Shown here piece after piece: positions 10,690 through 24,605 of a DNA stretch of 64,000 nucleotides (positions within the stretch are counted from its first letter, which is position 1; every line of letters begins with the position of its first letter). Origin of the DNA: Eledone cirrhosa (Eukaryota); assembly GCA_964016885.1 (NCBI GenBank), contig CAXHJY010000132.1, positions 62,001 to 126,000 of the forward strand. The letters are read 5' to 3'. The position numbers were made by a program, and so were the translations under genes. A model generated the notes under the pieces. It saw nothing but the letters and a program-made list of their open reading frames with translations, was not told the DNA's origin and did not search any database.

Positions 10690-13600
10690 TACCTTGTCTT
10701 CCCTCAAAACTCCGTTCTTCATCAAGCTATCGTTCTCTACTTTGTCTTCCCTCAAAACGTCGTTCTTCACCTAGCTATCTTTCTCTACCTTGTCTTCCCT
10801 CAAAACGTCGTTCGTTCTTCACCAAGCTATCTTTCTTTACCTTGTCTTCCCCCAAAACTTCGTTCTTCACAAGCTATCCTTCTCTACCTTGTCTTCCCTC
10901 AAAACTTCGTTCTTGATCAAGCTATCTTTCTCTACCTTGTCTTCCCTCAAAACTTCGTTCTTCATCAAGCTATCTTTCTCTACCTTGGCTTCCCTCAAAA
11001 CTTCGTTCTTCACCAAGCTATCTTTCTCTACCTTGTCTTCCCTCAAAACTTCGTTCTTCACCAAGCTATCTTACTCTACCTTGTCTTCCCTCAAAACTTC
11101 GTTCTTCACCAAGCTAACTTTCTCTACCTTGTCTTCCCTCAAAACTTCGTTCTTCATCAAGCTATCTTTCTCTACCTTGTCTTCCCTCAAAACTTCGTTC
11201 TTCACCAAGCTATCTTTCTCTACCTTGTCTTCCCTCAAAACTTCGTTCTTCACCAAGCTATCTTTCTCTACCTTTTTCCCCCCAAAAACTTCGTTCTTCA
11301 CCAAACTATCTTTCTCTACCTTGTCTTCCCTCAAAACTTCGTTCTTCACCAAGCTATCTTTCTCTACCTTGTCTTCCCTCAAAACTCCGTTCTTCATCAA
11401 GCTATCGTTCTCTACTTTGTCTTCCCTCAAAACGTCGTTCTTCACCAAGCTATCCTTCTCTACCTTGTCTTCCCTCAAAACGTCGTTCGTTCTTCACCAA
11501 GCTATCTTTCTCTACCTTGTCTTCCCCCAAAACTTCGTTCTTCACAAGCTATCCTTCTCTACCTTGTCTTCCCTCAAAACTTCGTTCTTGATCAAGCTAT
11601 CTTTCTCTACCTTGTCTTCCCTCAAAACTTTGTTCTTCACCAAGCTATCTTTCTCTACCTTGTCTTCCCTCAAAACTTCGTTCTTCACCAAGCTATCTTT
11701 CTCTACCTTGTCTTCCCTCAAAACTTTGTTCTTCACCAAGCTAACTTTCTCTACCTTGTCTTCCCTCAATACTTCGTTCTTCACCAAGCTATCGTTCTCT
11801 ACTTTGTCTTCCCTCAAAACGTCGTTCTTCACCAAGCTATCTTTCTCTACCTTGTCTTCCCTCAACACTTCGTTCGTTCTTCACCAAGCTATCTTTCTCT
11901 ACCTTGTCTTCCCCCAAAACTACGTTCTTCACAAGCTATCTTTCTCTACCTTGTCTTCCCTCAAAACTTCGTTCTTCACCAAGCTATCTTTCTCTACCTT
12001 GTCTTCCCTCAAAATTTCGTTCTTCACCAAGCTATCTTTCTCTACCTTGTCTTCCCTCAAAACTTCGTTCTTCACCAAGCTATCTTTCTCTACCTTGTCT
12101 TCCCTCAAAACTTCGTTCTTCACCAAGCTAACTTTCTCTACCTTGTCTTCCCTCAAAACTTCGTTCTTCATCAAGCTATCTTTCTCTACCTTGTCTTCCC
12201 TCAAAACTTCGTTCTTCACCAAGCTATCTTTCTCTACCTTGTCTTCCCTCAAAACTTCGTTCTTCACCAAGCTATCTTTCCCTACCTTGTCTTCCCTCAA
12301 AACTTCGTTCTTCACCAATCTAACTTTCTCTACCTTGTCTTCCCTCAAAACTTCGTTCTTCATCAAGCTATCTTTCTCTACCTTGTCTTCCCTCAAAACT
12401 CCGTTCTTCATCAAGCTATCGTTCTCTACTTTGTCTTCCCTCAAAACGTCGTTCTTCACCTAGCTATCTTTCTCTACCTTGTCTTCCCTCAAAACGTCGT
12501 TCGTTCTTCACCAAGCTATCTTTCTTTACCTTGTCTTCCCCCAAAACTTCGTTCTTCACAAGCTATCCTTCTCTACATTGTCTTCCCTCAAAACTTCGTT
12601 CTTGATCAAGCTATCTTTCTCTACCTTGTCTTCCCTCAAAACTTCGTTCTTCATCAAGCTATCTTTCTCTACCTTGTCTTCCCTCAAAACTTCGTTCTTC
12701 ACCAAGCTATCTTTCTCTACCTTGTCTTCCCTCAAAACTTCGTTCTTCACCAAGCTATCTTACTCTACCTTGTCTTCCCTCAAAACTTCGTTCTTCACCA
12801 AGCTAACTTTCTCTACCTTGTCTTCCCTCAAAACTTCGTTCTTCATCAAGCTATCTTTCTCTACCTTGTCTTCCCTCAAAACTTCGTTCTTCACCAAGCT
12901 ATCTTTCTCTACCTTTTTTCCCCCCAAAACTTCGTTCTTCACCAAACTATCTTTCTCTACCTTGTCTTCCCTCAAAACTTCGTTCTTCACCAAGCTATCT
13001 TTCTCTACCTTGTCTTCCCTCAAAACTCCGTTCTTCATCAAGCTATCGTTCTCTACTTTGTCTTCCCTCAAAACGTCGTTCTTCACCTAGCTATCTTTCT
13101 CTACCTTGTCTTCCCTCAAAACGTCGTTCGTTCTTCACCAAGCTATCTTTCTCTACCTTGTCTTCCCTCAAAACTTCGTTCGTTCTTCACCAAGCTATCT
13201 TTCTCTACCTTGTCTTCCCCCAAAACTTCGTTCTTCACAAGCTATCCTTCTCTACCTTGTCTTCCCTCAAAACTTCGTTCTTCACCAAGCTATCTTTCTC
13301 TACCTTGTCTTCCCCCAAAACTTCGTTCTTCACCAAACTATCTTTCTCTACCTTATCTTCCCTCAAAACTTCGTTCTTCACCAAGCTATCTTTGTCTACC
13401 TTGTCTTCCCTCAAAACTCCGTTCTTCATCAAGCTATCGTTCTCTACTTTGTCTTCCCTCAAAACGTCGTTCTTCACCTAGCTATCTTTCTCTACCTTGT
13501 CTTCCTTCAAAACGTCGTTCGTTCTTCACCAAGCTATCTTTCTTTACCTTGTCTTCCCCCAAAACTTCGTTCTTCACAAGCTATCCTTCTCTACCTTGTC

Positions 13601-16600
13601 TTCCCTCAAAACTTCGTTCTTGATCAAGCTATCTTTCTCTCCCTTGTCTTCCCTCAAAACTTCGTTCTTCATCAAGCTATCTTTCTCTAACTTGTCTTCC
13701 CTCAAAACTTCGTTCTTCACCAAGCTATCTTTCTCTACCTTGTCTTCCCTCAAAACTTCGTTCTTCACCAAGCTATCTTTCTCTACCTTGTCTTCCCTCA
13801 AAACTTCGTTCTTCACCTAGCTATCTTTCTCTACCTTGTCTTCCCTCAAAACGTCGTTCGTTCTTCACCAAGCTATCTTTCTCTACCTTGTCTTCCCTCA
13901 AAACTCCGTTCTTCATCAAGCTATCGTTCTCTACTTTGTCTTCCCTCAAAACGTCGTTCTTCACCTAGCTATCTTTCTCTACCTTGTCTTCCCTCAAAAC
14001 GTCGTTCGTTCTTCACCAAGCTATCTTTCTTTACCTTGTCTTCCCCCAAAACTTCGTTCTTCACAAGCTATCCTTCTCTACCTTGTCTTCCCTCAAAACT
14101 TCGTTCTTGATCAAGCTATCTTTCTCTACCTTGTCTTCCCTCAAAACTTCGTTCTTCATCAAGCTATCTTTCTCTACCTTGGCTTCCCTCAAAACTTCGT
14201 TCTTCACCAAGCTATCTTTCTCTACCTTGTCTTCCCTCAAAACTTCGTTCTTCACCAAGCTATCTTACTCTACCTTGTCTTCCCTCAAAACTTCGTTCTT
14301 CACCAAGCTAACTTTCTCTACCTTGTCTTCCCTCAAAACTTCGTTCTTCATCAAGCTATCTTTCTCTACCTTGTCTTCCCTCAAAACTTCGTTCTTCACC
14401 AAGCTATCTTTCTCTACCTTGTCTTCCCTCAAAACTTCGTTCTTCACCAAGCTATCTTTCTCTACCTTTTTCCCCCCAAAAACTTCGTTCTTCACCAAAC
14501 TATCTTTCTCTACCTTGTCTTCCCTCAAAACTTCGTTCTTCACCAAGCTATCTTTCTCTACCTTGTCTTCCCTCAAAACTCCGTTCTTCATCAAGCTATC
14601 GTTCTCTACTTTGTCTTCCCTCAAAACGTCGTTCTTCACCAAGCTATCCTTCTCTACCTTGTCTTCCCTCAAAACGTCGTTCGTTCTTCACCAAGCTATC
14701 TTTCTCTACCTTGTCTTCCCCCAAAACTTCGTTCTTCACAAGCTATCCTTCTCTACCTTGTCTTCCCTCAAAACTTCGTTCTTGATCAAGCTATCTTTCT
14801 CTACCTTGTCTTCCCTCAAAACTTTGTTCTTCACCAAGCTATCTTTCTCTACCTTGTCTTCCCTCAAAACTTCGTTCTTCACCAAGCTATCTTTCTCTAC
14901 CTTGTCTTCCCTCAAAACTTTGTTCTTCACCAAGCTAACTTTCTCTACCTTGTCTTCCCTCAATACTTCGTTCTTCACCAAGCTATCGTTCTCTACTTTG
15001 TCTTCCCTCAAAACGTCGTTCTTCACCAAGCTATCTTTCTCTACCTTGTCTTCCCTCAACACTTCGTTCGTTCTTCACCAAGCTATCTTTCTCTACCTTG
15101 TCTTCCCCCAAAACTACGTTCTTCACAAGCTATCTTTCTCTACCTTGTCTTCCCTCAAAACTTCGTTCTTCACCAAGCTATCTTTCTCTACCTTGTCTTC
15201 CCTCAAAATTTCGTTCTTCACCAAGCTATCTTTCTCTACCTTGTCTTCCCTCAAAACTTCGTTCTTCACCAAGCTATCTTTCTCTACCTTGTCTTCCCTC
15301 AAAACTTCGTTCTTCACCAAGCTAACTTTCTCTACCTTGTCTTCCCTCAAAACTCCGTTCTTCATCAAGCTATCTTTCTCTACCTTGTCTTCCCTCAAAA
15401 CTTCGTTCTTCACCAAGCTATCTTTCTCTACCTTGTCTTCCCTCAAAACTTCGTTCTTCACCAAGCTATCTTTCCCTACCTTGTCTTCCCTCAAAACTTC
15501 GTTCTTCACCAATCTAACTTTCTCTACCTTGTCTTCCCTCAAAACTTCGTTCTTCATCAAGCTATCTTTCTCTACCTTGTCTTCCCTCAAAACTCCGTTC
15601 TTCATCAAGCTATCGTTCTCTACTTTGTCTTCCCTCAAAACGTCGTTCTTCACCTAGCTATCTTTCTCTACCTTGTCTTCCCTCAAAACGTCGTTCGTTC
15701 TTCACCAAGCTATCTTTCTTTACCTTGTCTTCCCCCAAAACTTCGTTCTTCACAAGCTATCCTTCTCTACATTGTCTTCCCTCAAAACTTCGTTCTTGAT
15801 CAAGCTATCTTTCTCTACCTTGTCTTCCCTCAAAACTTCGTTCTTCATCAAGCTATCTTTCTCTACCTTGTCTTCCCTCAAAGCTTCGTTCTTCACCAAG
15901 CTATCTTTCTCTACCTTGTCTTCCCTCAAAACTTCGTTCTTCACCAAGCTATCTTACTCTACCTTGTCTTCCCTCAAAACTTCGTTCTTCACCAAGCTAA
16001 CTTTCTCTACCTTGTCTTCCCTCAAAACTTCGTTCTTCATCAAGCTATCTTTCTCTACCTTGTCTTCCCTCAAAACTTCGTTCTTCACCAAGCTATCTTT
16101 CTCTACCTTTTTTCCCCCCAAAACTTCGTTCTTCACCAAACTATCTTTCTCTACCTTGTCTTCCCTCAAAACTTCGTTCTTCACCAAGCTATCTTTCTCT
16201 ACCTTGTCTTCCCTCAAAACTCCGTTCTTCATCAAGCTATCGTTCTCTACTTTGTCTTCCCTCAAAACGTCGTTCTTCACCTAGCTATCTTTCTCTACCT
16301 TGTCTTCCCTCAAAACGTCGTTCGTTCTTCACCAAGCTATCTTTCTCTACCTTGTCTTCCCTCAAAACTTCGTTCGTTCTTCACCAAGCTATCTTTCTCT
16401 ACCTTGTCTTCCCCCAAAACTTCGTTCTTCACAAGCTATCCTTCTCTACCTTGTCTTCCCTCAAAACTTCGTTCTTCACCAAGCTATCTTTCTCTACCTT
16501 GTCTTCCCCCAAAACTTCGTTCTTCACCAAACTATCTTTCTCTACCTTATCTTCCCTCAAAACTTCGTTCTTCACCAAGCTATCTTTGTCTACCTTGTCT

Positions 16601-19600
16601 TCCCTCAAAACTCCGTTCTTCATCAAGCTATCGTTCTCTACTTTGTCTTCCCTCAAAACGTCGTTCTTCACCTAGCTATCTTTCTCTACCTTGTCTTCCT
16701 TCAAAACGTCGTTCGTTCTTCACCAAGCTATCTTTCTTTACCTTGTCTTCCCCCAAAACTTCGTTCTTCACAAGCTATCCTTCTCTACCTTGTCTTCCCT
16801 CAAAACTTCGTTCTTGATCAAGCTATCTTTCTCTCCCTTGTCTTCCCTCAAAACTTCGTTCTTCATCAAGCTATCTTTCTCTAACTTGTCTTCCCTCAAA
16901 ACTTCGTTCTTCACCAAGCTATCTTTCTCTACCTTGTCTTCCCTCAAAACTTCGTTCTTCACCAAGCTATCTTACTCTACCTTGTCTTCCCTCAAAACTT
17001 CGTTCTTCACCAAGCTAACTTTCTCTACCTTGTCTTCCCTCAAAACTTCGTTCTTCACCAAGCTAACTTTCTCTACCTTGTCTTCCCTCAAAACTTCGTT
17101 CTTCATCAAGCTATCTTTCTCTACCTTGTCTTCCCTCAAAACTTCGTTCTTCACCAAGCTATATTTCTCTACCTTTTTTTCCCCCAAAACTTCGTTCTTC
17201 ACCAAACTATCTTTCTCTACCTTGTCTTCCCTCAAAACTTCGTTCTTCATCAAGCTATCGTTCTCTACTTTGTCTTCCCTCAAAACGTCGTTTTTCACCT
17301 AGCTATCTTTCTCTACCTTGTCTTCCCTCAAAACGTCGTTCGTTCTTCACCAAGCTATCTTTCTTTACCTTGTCTTCCCCCAAAACTTCGTTCTTCACAA
17401 GCTATCCTTCTCTACCTTGTCTTCCCTCAAAACTTCGTTCTTGATCAAGTTATCTTTCTCTACCTTGTCTTCCCTCAAAACTTCGTTCTTCATCAAGCTA
17501 TCTTTCTCTACCTTGTCTTCCCTCAAAACTTCGTTCTTCACCAAGCTATCTTTCTCTACCTTGTCTTCCCTCAAAACTTCGTTCTTCACCAAGCTATCTT
17601 ACTCTACCTTGTCTTCCCTCAAAACTTCGTTCTTCACCAAGCTAACTTTCTCTACCTTGTCTTCCCTCAAAACTTCGTTCTTCATCAAGCTATCTTTCTC
17701 TACCTTGTCTTCCCTCAAAACTTCGTTCTTCACCAAGCTATATTTCTCTACCTTTTTTTCCCCCAAAACTTCGTTCTTCACCAAACTATCTTTCTCTACC
17801 TTGTCTTCCCTCAAAACTTCGTTCTTCACCAAGCTATCTTTCTCTACCTTGTCTTCCCTCAAAACTCCGTTCTTCATCAAGCTATCGTTCTCTACTTTGT
17901 CTTCCCTCAAAACGTCGTTCTTCACCTAGCTATCTTTCTCTACCTTGTCTTCCCTCAAAACGTCGTTCGTTCTTTATCAAGCTATCTTTCTCTACCTTGT
18001 CTTCCCTCAAGACTTCGTTCGTCACCAAGCTATCTTTCTCTACATTGTCTTCCCCCAAAACTTCGTTCTTCACAAGCTATCCTTCTCTACCTTGTCTTCC
18101 CTCAAAACTTCGTTCTTGATCAAGCTATCTTTCTCTACCTTGTCTTCCCTCAAAACTTTGTTCTTCACCAAGCTATCTTTCTCTACCTTGTCTTCCCTCA
18201 AAACTTCGTTCTTCACCAAGCTATCTTTCTCTACCTTGTCTTCCCTCAAAACTTTGTTCTTCACCAAGCTAACTTTCTCTACCTTGTCTTCCCTCAATAC
18301 TTCGTTCTTCACCAAGCTATCGTTCTCTACTTTGTCTTCCCTCAAAACGTCGTTCTTCACCAAGCTATCTTTCTCTACCTTGTCTTCCCTCAACACTTCG
18401 TTCGTTCTTCACCAAGCTATCTTTCTCTACCTTGTCTTCCCCCAAAACTACGTTCTTCACAAGCTATCTTTCTCTACCTTGTCTTCCCTCAAAACTTCGT
18501 TCTTCACCAAGCTATCTTTCTCTACCTTGTCTTCCCTCAAAATTTCGTTCTTCACCAAGCTATCTTTCTCTACCTTGTCTTCCCTCAAAACTTCGTTCTT
18601 CACCAAGCTATCTTTCTCTACCTTGTCTTCCCTCAAAACTTCGTTCTTCACCAAGCTAACTTTCTCTACCTTGTCTTCCCTCAAAACTTCGTTCTTCATC
18701 AAGCTATCTTTCTCTACCTTGTCTTCCCTCAAAACTTCGTTCTTCACCAAGCTATCTTTCTCTACCTTGTCTTCCCTCAAAACTTCGTTCTTCACCAAGC
18801 TATCTTTCCCTACCTTGTCTTCCCTCAAAACTTCGTTCTTCACCAATCTAACTTTCTCTACCTTGTCTTCCCTCAAAACTTCGTTCTTCATCAAGCTATC
18901 TTTCTCTACCTTGTCTTCCCTCAAAACTCCGTTCTTCATCAAGCTATCGTTCTCTACTTTGTCTTCCCTCAAAACGTCGTTCTTCACCTAGCTATCTTTC
19001 TCTACCTTGTCTTCCCTCAAAACGTCGTTCGTTCTTCACCAAGCTATCTTTCTTTACCTTGTCTTCCCCCAAAACTTCGTTCTTCACAAGCTATCCTTCT
19101 CTACATTGTCTTCCCTCAAAACTTCGTTCTTGATCAAGCTATCTTTCTCTACCTTGTCTTCCCTCAAAACTTCGTTCTTCATCAAGCTATCTTTCTCTAC
19201 CTTGTCTTCCCTCAAAGCTTCGTTCTTCACCAAGCTATCTTTCTCTACCTTGTCTTCCCTCAAAACTTCGTTCTTCACCAAGCTATCTTACTCTACCTTG
19301 TCTTCCCTCAAAACTTCGTTCTTCACCAAGCTAACTTTCTCTACCTTGTCTTCCCTCAAAACTTCGTTCTTCATCAAGCTATCTTTCTCTACCTTGTCTT
19401 CCCTCAAAACTTCGTTCTTCACCAAGCTATCTTTCTCTACCTTTTTTCCCCCCAAAACTTCGTTCTTCACCAAACTATCTTTCTCTACCTTGTCTTCCCT
19501 CAAAACTTCGTTCTTCACCAAGCTATCTTTCTCTACCTTGTCTTCCCTCAAAACTCCGTTCTTCATCAAGCTATCGTTCTCTACTTTGTCTTCCCTCAAA

Positions 19601-21075
19601 ACGTCGTTCTTCACCTAGCTATCTTTCTCTACCTTGTCTTCCCTCAAAACGTCGTTCGTTCTTCACCAAGCTATCTTTCTCTACCTTGTCTTCCCTCAAA
19701 ACTTCGTTCGTTCTTCACCAAGCTATCTTTCTCTACCTTGTCTTCCCCCAAAACTTCGTTCTTCACAAGCTATCCTTTTCTACCTTGTCTTCCCTCAAAA
19801 CTTCGTTCTTCACCAAGCTATCTTTCTCTACCTTGTCTTCCCCCAAAACTTCGTTCTTCACCAAACTATCTTTCTCTACCTTATCTTCCCTCAAAACTTC
19901 GTTCTTCACCAAGCTATCTTTGTCTACCTTGTCTTCCCTCAAAACTCCGTTCTTCATCAAGCTATCGTTCTCTACTTTGTCTTCCCTCAAAACGTCGTTC
20001 TTCACCTAGCTATCTTTCTCTACCTTGTCTTCCTTCAAAACGTCGTTCGTTCTTCACCAAGCTATCTTTCTTTACCTTGTCTTCCCCCAAAACTTCGTTC
20101 TTCACAAGCTATCCTTCTCTACCTTGTCTTCCCTCAAAACTTCGTTCTTGATCAAGCTATCTTTCTCTCCCTTGTCTTCCCTCAAAACTTCGTTCTTCAT
20201 CAAGCTATCTTTCTCTAACTTGTCTTCCCTCAAAACTTCGTTCTTCACCAAGCTATCTTTCTCTACCTTGTCTTCCCTCAAAACTTCGTTCTTCACCAAG
20301 CTATCTTACTCTACCTTGTCTTCCCTCAAAACTTCGTTCTTCACCAAGCTAACTTTCTCTACCTTGTCTTCCCTCAAAACTTCGTTCTTCACCAAGCTAA
20401 CTTTCTCTACCTTGTCTTCCCTCAAAACTTCGTTCTTCATCAAGCTATCTTTCTCTACCTTGTCTTCCCTCAAAACTTCGTTCTTCACCAAGCTATATTT
20501 CTCTACCTTTTTTTCCCCCAAAACTTCGTTCTTCACCAAACTATCTTTCTCTACCTTGTCTTCCCTCAAAACTTCGTTCTTCATCAAGCTATCGTTCTCT
20601 ACTTTGTCTTCCCTCAAAACGTCGTTCTTCACCTAGCTATCTTTCTCTACCTTGTCTTCCCTCAAAACGTCGTTCGTTCTTCACCAAGCTATCTTTCTTT
20701 ACCTTGTCTTCCCCCAAAACTTCGTTCTTCACAAGCTATCCTTCTCTACCTTGTCTTCCCTCAAAACTTCGTTCTTGATCAAGTTATCTTTCTCTACCTT
20801 GTCTTCCCTCAAAACTTCGTTCTTCATCAAGCTATCTTTCTCTACCTTGTCTTCCCTCAAAACTTCGTTCTTCACCAAGCTATCTTTCTCTACCTTGTCT
20901 TCCCTCAAAACTTCGTTCTTCACCAAGCTATCTTACTCTACCTTGTCTTCCCTCAAAACTTCGTTCTTCACCAAGCTAACTTTCTCTACCTTGTCTTCCC
21001 TCAAAACTTCGTTCTTCATCAAGCTATCTTTCTCTACCTTGTCTTCCCTCAAAACTTCGTTCTTCACCAAGCTAT
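10690..21075. repeat. Three near-tandem copies of a ~3.2-3.3-kb higher-order unit (offsets 3194 then 3334 bp)
   Basis: ORF starts 10790/13984, 12479/15673, 13106/16300 and 13497/16691 differ by 3194. Starts 15673/19007, 16300/19634, 16691/20025 and 17318/20652 differ by 3334. Shared rare variants CCAATCTAAC, CCTTATCTT, TTTGTCTACC, TCTAACTTG. Confidence 0.92.
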
Positions 21076-24000
21076 CTTTCTCTACCTTGTCTTCCCTCAA
21101 AACTTCGTTCTTCACCAAGCTATCTTTCTCTACCTTTTTTCCCCCCAAAACTTCGTTCTTCACCAAACTATCTTTCTCTACCTTGTCTTCCCTCAAAACT
21201 TCGTTCTTCACCAAGCTATCTTTCTCTACCTTGTCTTCCCTCAAAACTCCGTTCTTCATCAAGCTATCGTTCTCTACTTTGTCTTCCCTCAAAACGTCGT
21301 TCTTCACCTAGCTATCTTTCTCTACCTTGTCTTCCCTCAAAACGTCGTTCGTTCTTCACCAAGCTATCTTTCTCTACCTTGTCTTCCCTCAAAACTTCGT
21401 TCGTTCTTCACCAAGCTATCTTTCTCTACCTTGTCTTCCCCCAAAACTTCGTTCTTCACAAGCTATCCTTCTCTACCTTGTCTTCCCTCAAAACTTCGTT
21501 CTTCACCAAGCTATCTTTCTCTACCTTGTCTTCCCTCAAAACTTCGTTCTTCACAAGCTATCCTTCTCTACCTTGTCTTCCCTCAAAACTTCGTTCTTGA
21601 TCAAGCTATCTTTCTCTCCCTTGTCTTCCCTCAAAACTTCGTTCTTCATCAAGCTATCTTTCTCTAACTTGTCTTCCCTCAAAACTTCGTTCTTCACCAA
21701 GCTATCTTTCTCTACCTTGTCTTCCCTCAAAACTTCGTTCTTCACCAAGCTATCTTACTCTACCTTGTCTTCCCTCAAAACTTCGTTCTTCACCAAGCTA
21801 ACTTTCTCTACCTTGTCTTCCCTCAAAACTTCGTTCTTCACCAAGCTAACTTTCTCTACCTTGTCTTCCCTCAAAACTTCGTTCTTCATCAAGCTATCTT
21901 TCTCTACCTTGTCTTCCCTCAAAACTTCGTTCTTCACCAAGCTATATTTCTCTACCTTTTTTTCCCCCAAAACTTCGTTCTTCACCAAACTATCTTTCTC
22001 TACCTTGTCTTCCCTCAAAACTTCGTTCTTCATCAAGCTATCTTTCTCTACCTTGTCTTCCCTCAAAACTCCGTTCTTCATCAAGCTATCGTTCTCTACT
22101 TTGTCTTCCCTCAAAACGTCGTTCTTCACCTAGCTATCTTTCTCTACCTTGTCTTCCCTCAAAACGTCGTTCGTTCTTCACCAAGCTATCTTTCTTTACC
22201 TTGTCTTCCCCCAAAACTTCGTTCTTCACAAGCTATCCTTCTCTACCTTGTCTTCCCTCAAAACTTCGTTCTTGATCAAGCTATCTTTCTCTACCTTGTC
22301 TTCCCTCAAAACTTCGTTCTTCATCAAGCTATCTTTCTCTACCTTGTCTTCCCTCAAAACTTCGTTCTTCACCAAGCTATCTTTCTCTACCTTGTCTTCC
22401 CTCAAAACTTTGTTCTTCACCAAGCTATCTTACTCTACCTTGTCTTCCCTCAAAACTTCGTTCTTCACCAAGCTAACTTTCTCTACCTTGTCTTCCCTCA
22501 AAACTTCGTTCTTCATCAAGCTATCTTTCTCTACCTTGTCTTCCCTCAAAACTTCGTTCTTCACCAAGCTATCTTTCTCTACCTTGTCTTCCCTCAAAAC
22601 TTCGTTCTTCACCAAGCTATCTTTCTCTACCTTTTTTCCCCCCAAAACTTCGTTCTTCACCAAACTATCTTTCTCTACCTTGTCTTCCCTCAAAACTTCG
22701 TTCTTCACCAAGCTATCTTTCTCTACCTTGTCTTCCCTCAAAACTCCGTTCTTCATCAAGCTATCGTTCTCTACTTTGTCTTCCCTCAAAACGTCGTTCT
22801 TCACCTAGCTATCTTTCTCTACCTTGTCTTCCCTCAAAACGTCGTTCGTTCTTCACCAAGCTATCTTTCTCTACCTTGTCTTCCCTCAAAACTTCGTTCG
22901 TTCTTCACCAAGCTATCTTTCTCTACCTTGTCTTCCCCCAAAACTTCGTTCTTCACAAGCTATCCTTCTCTACCTTGTCTTCCCTCAAAACATCGTTCTT
23001 CACCAAGCTATCTTTCTCTACCTTGTCTTCCCCCAAAACTTCGTTCTTCACCAAACTATCTTTCTCTACCTTGTCTTCCCTCAAAACTTCGTTCTTCACC
23101 AAGCTATCTTTCTCTACCTTGTCTTCCCTCAAAACTCCGTTCTTCATCAAGCTATCGTTCTCTACTTTGTCTTCCCTCAAAACGTCGTTCTTCACCTAGC
23201 TATCTTTCTCTACCTTGTCTTCCCTCAAAACGTCGTTCGTTCCTCACCAAGCTATCTTTCTTTACCTTGTCTTCCCCCAAAACTTCGTTCTTCACAAGCT
23301 ATCCTTCTCTACCTTGTCTTCCCTCAAAACTTCGTTCTTGATCAAGCTATCTTTCTCTCCCTTGTCTTCCCTCAAAACTTCGTTCTTCATCAAGCTATCT
23401 TTCTCTAACTTGTCTTCCCTCAAAACTTCGTTCTTCACCAAGCTATCTTTTTCTACCTTGTCTTCCCTCAAAACTTCGTTCTTCACCAAGCTATCTTACT
23501 CTACCTTGTCTTCCCTCAAAACTTCGTTCTTCACCAAGCTAACTTTCTCTACCTTGTCTTCCCTCAAAACTTCGTTCTTCATCAAGCTATCTTTCTCTAC
23601 CTTGTCTTCCCTCAAAACTTCGTTCTTCACCAAGCTATCTTTCTCTACCTTGTCTTCCCTCAAAACTTCGTTCTTCACCAAGCTATCTTTCTCTACCTTT
23701 TTTCCCCCCAAAACTTCGTTCTTCACCAAACTATCTTTCTCTACCTTGTCTTCCCTCAAAACTTCGTTCTTCACCAAGCTATCTTTCTCTACCTTGTCTT
23801 CCCTCAAAACTCCGTTCTTCATCAAGCTATCGTTCTCTACTTTGTCTTCCCTCAAAACGTCGTTCTTCACCTAGCTATCTTTCTCTACCTTGTCTTCCCT
23901 CAAAACGTCGTTCGTTCTTCACAAGCTATCCTTCTCTACCTTGTCTTCCCTCAAAACTTCGTTCTTGATCAAGCTATCTTTCTCTACCTTGTCTTCCCTC

Positions 24001-24117
24001 AAAACTTTGTTCTTCACCAAGCTATCTTTCTCTACCTTGTCTTCCCTCAAAACTTCGTTCTTCACCAAGCTATCTTTCTCTACCTTGTCTTCCCTCAAAA
24101 CTTCGTTCTTCACCAAG

Positions 24118-24605
24118 CTATCTTTCTCTACCTTGTCTTCCCCCAGAACATCGTTCTTCACCAAGCTATCTTTCTCTACCTTGTCTTCCCTCAAAACTTC
24201 GTTATTCACCAAGCTATCTTTCTCTACCTTGCCTTCCTGCAAAACTTCGTTCTTCATCAAGCTATCTTTCTCTACTTTGTCTTCCCTCAAAACATCGTTC
24301 GGTCTTCATCAAGCTATCTTTCTCTACCTTGTCTTCCCTCAAGACTTCGTTCGTCACCAAGCTATCTTTCTCTACCTTGTCTTCCCCCAGAACATCGTTC
24401 TTCACCAAGCTATCTTTCTCTACCTTGTCTTCCCTCAAAACTTCGTTATTCACCAAGCTATCTTTCTCTACCTTGCCTTCCTGCAAAACTTCGTTCTTCA
24501 TCAAGCTATCTTTCTCTACTTTGTCTTCCCTCAAAACATCGTTCGGTCTTCATCAAGCTATCTTTCTCTACCTTGTCTTCCCTCAAGACTTCATTCGTCA
24601 CCAAG
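24118..24605. repeat. Local 244-bp tandem duplication (5 monomers + 4 bp)
   Basis: ORF coordinates 24290/24534 and 24329/24573 differ by 244. Both copies carry TTCGGTCTTC, which I saw nowhere else. Confidence 0.88.
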
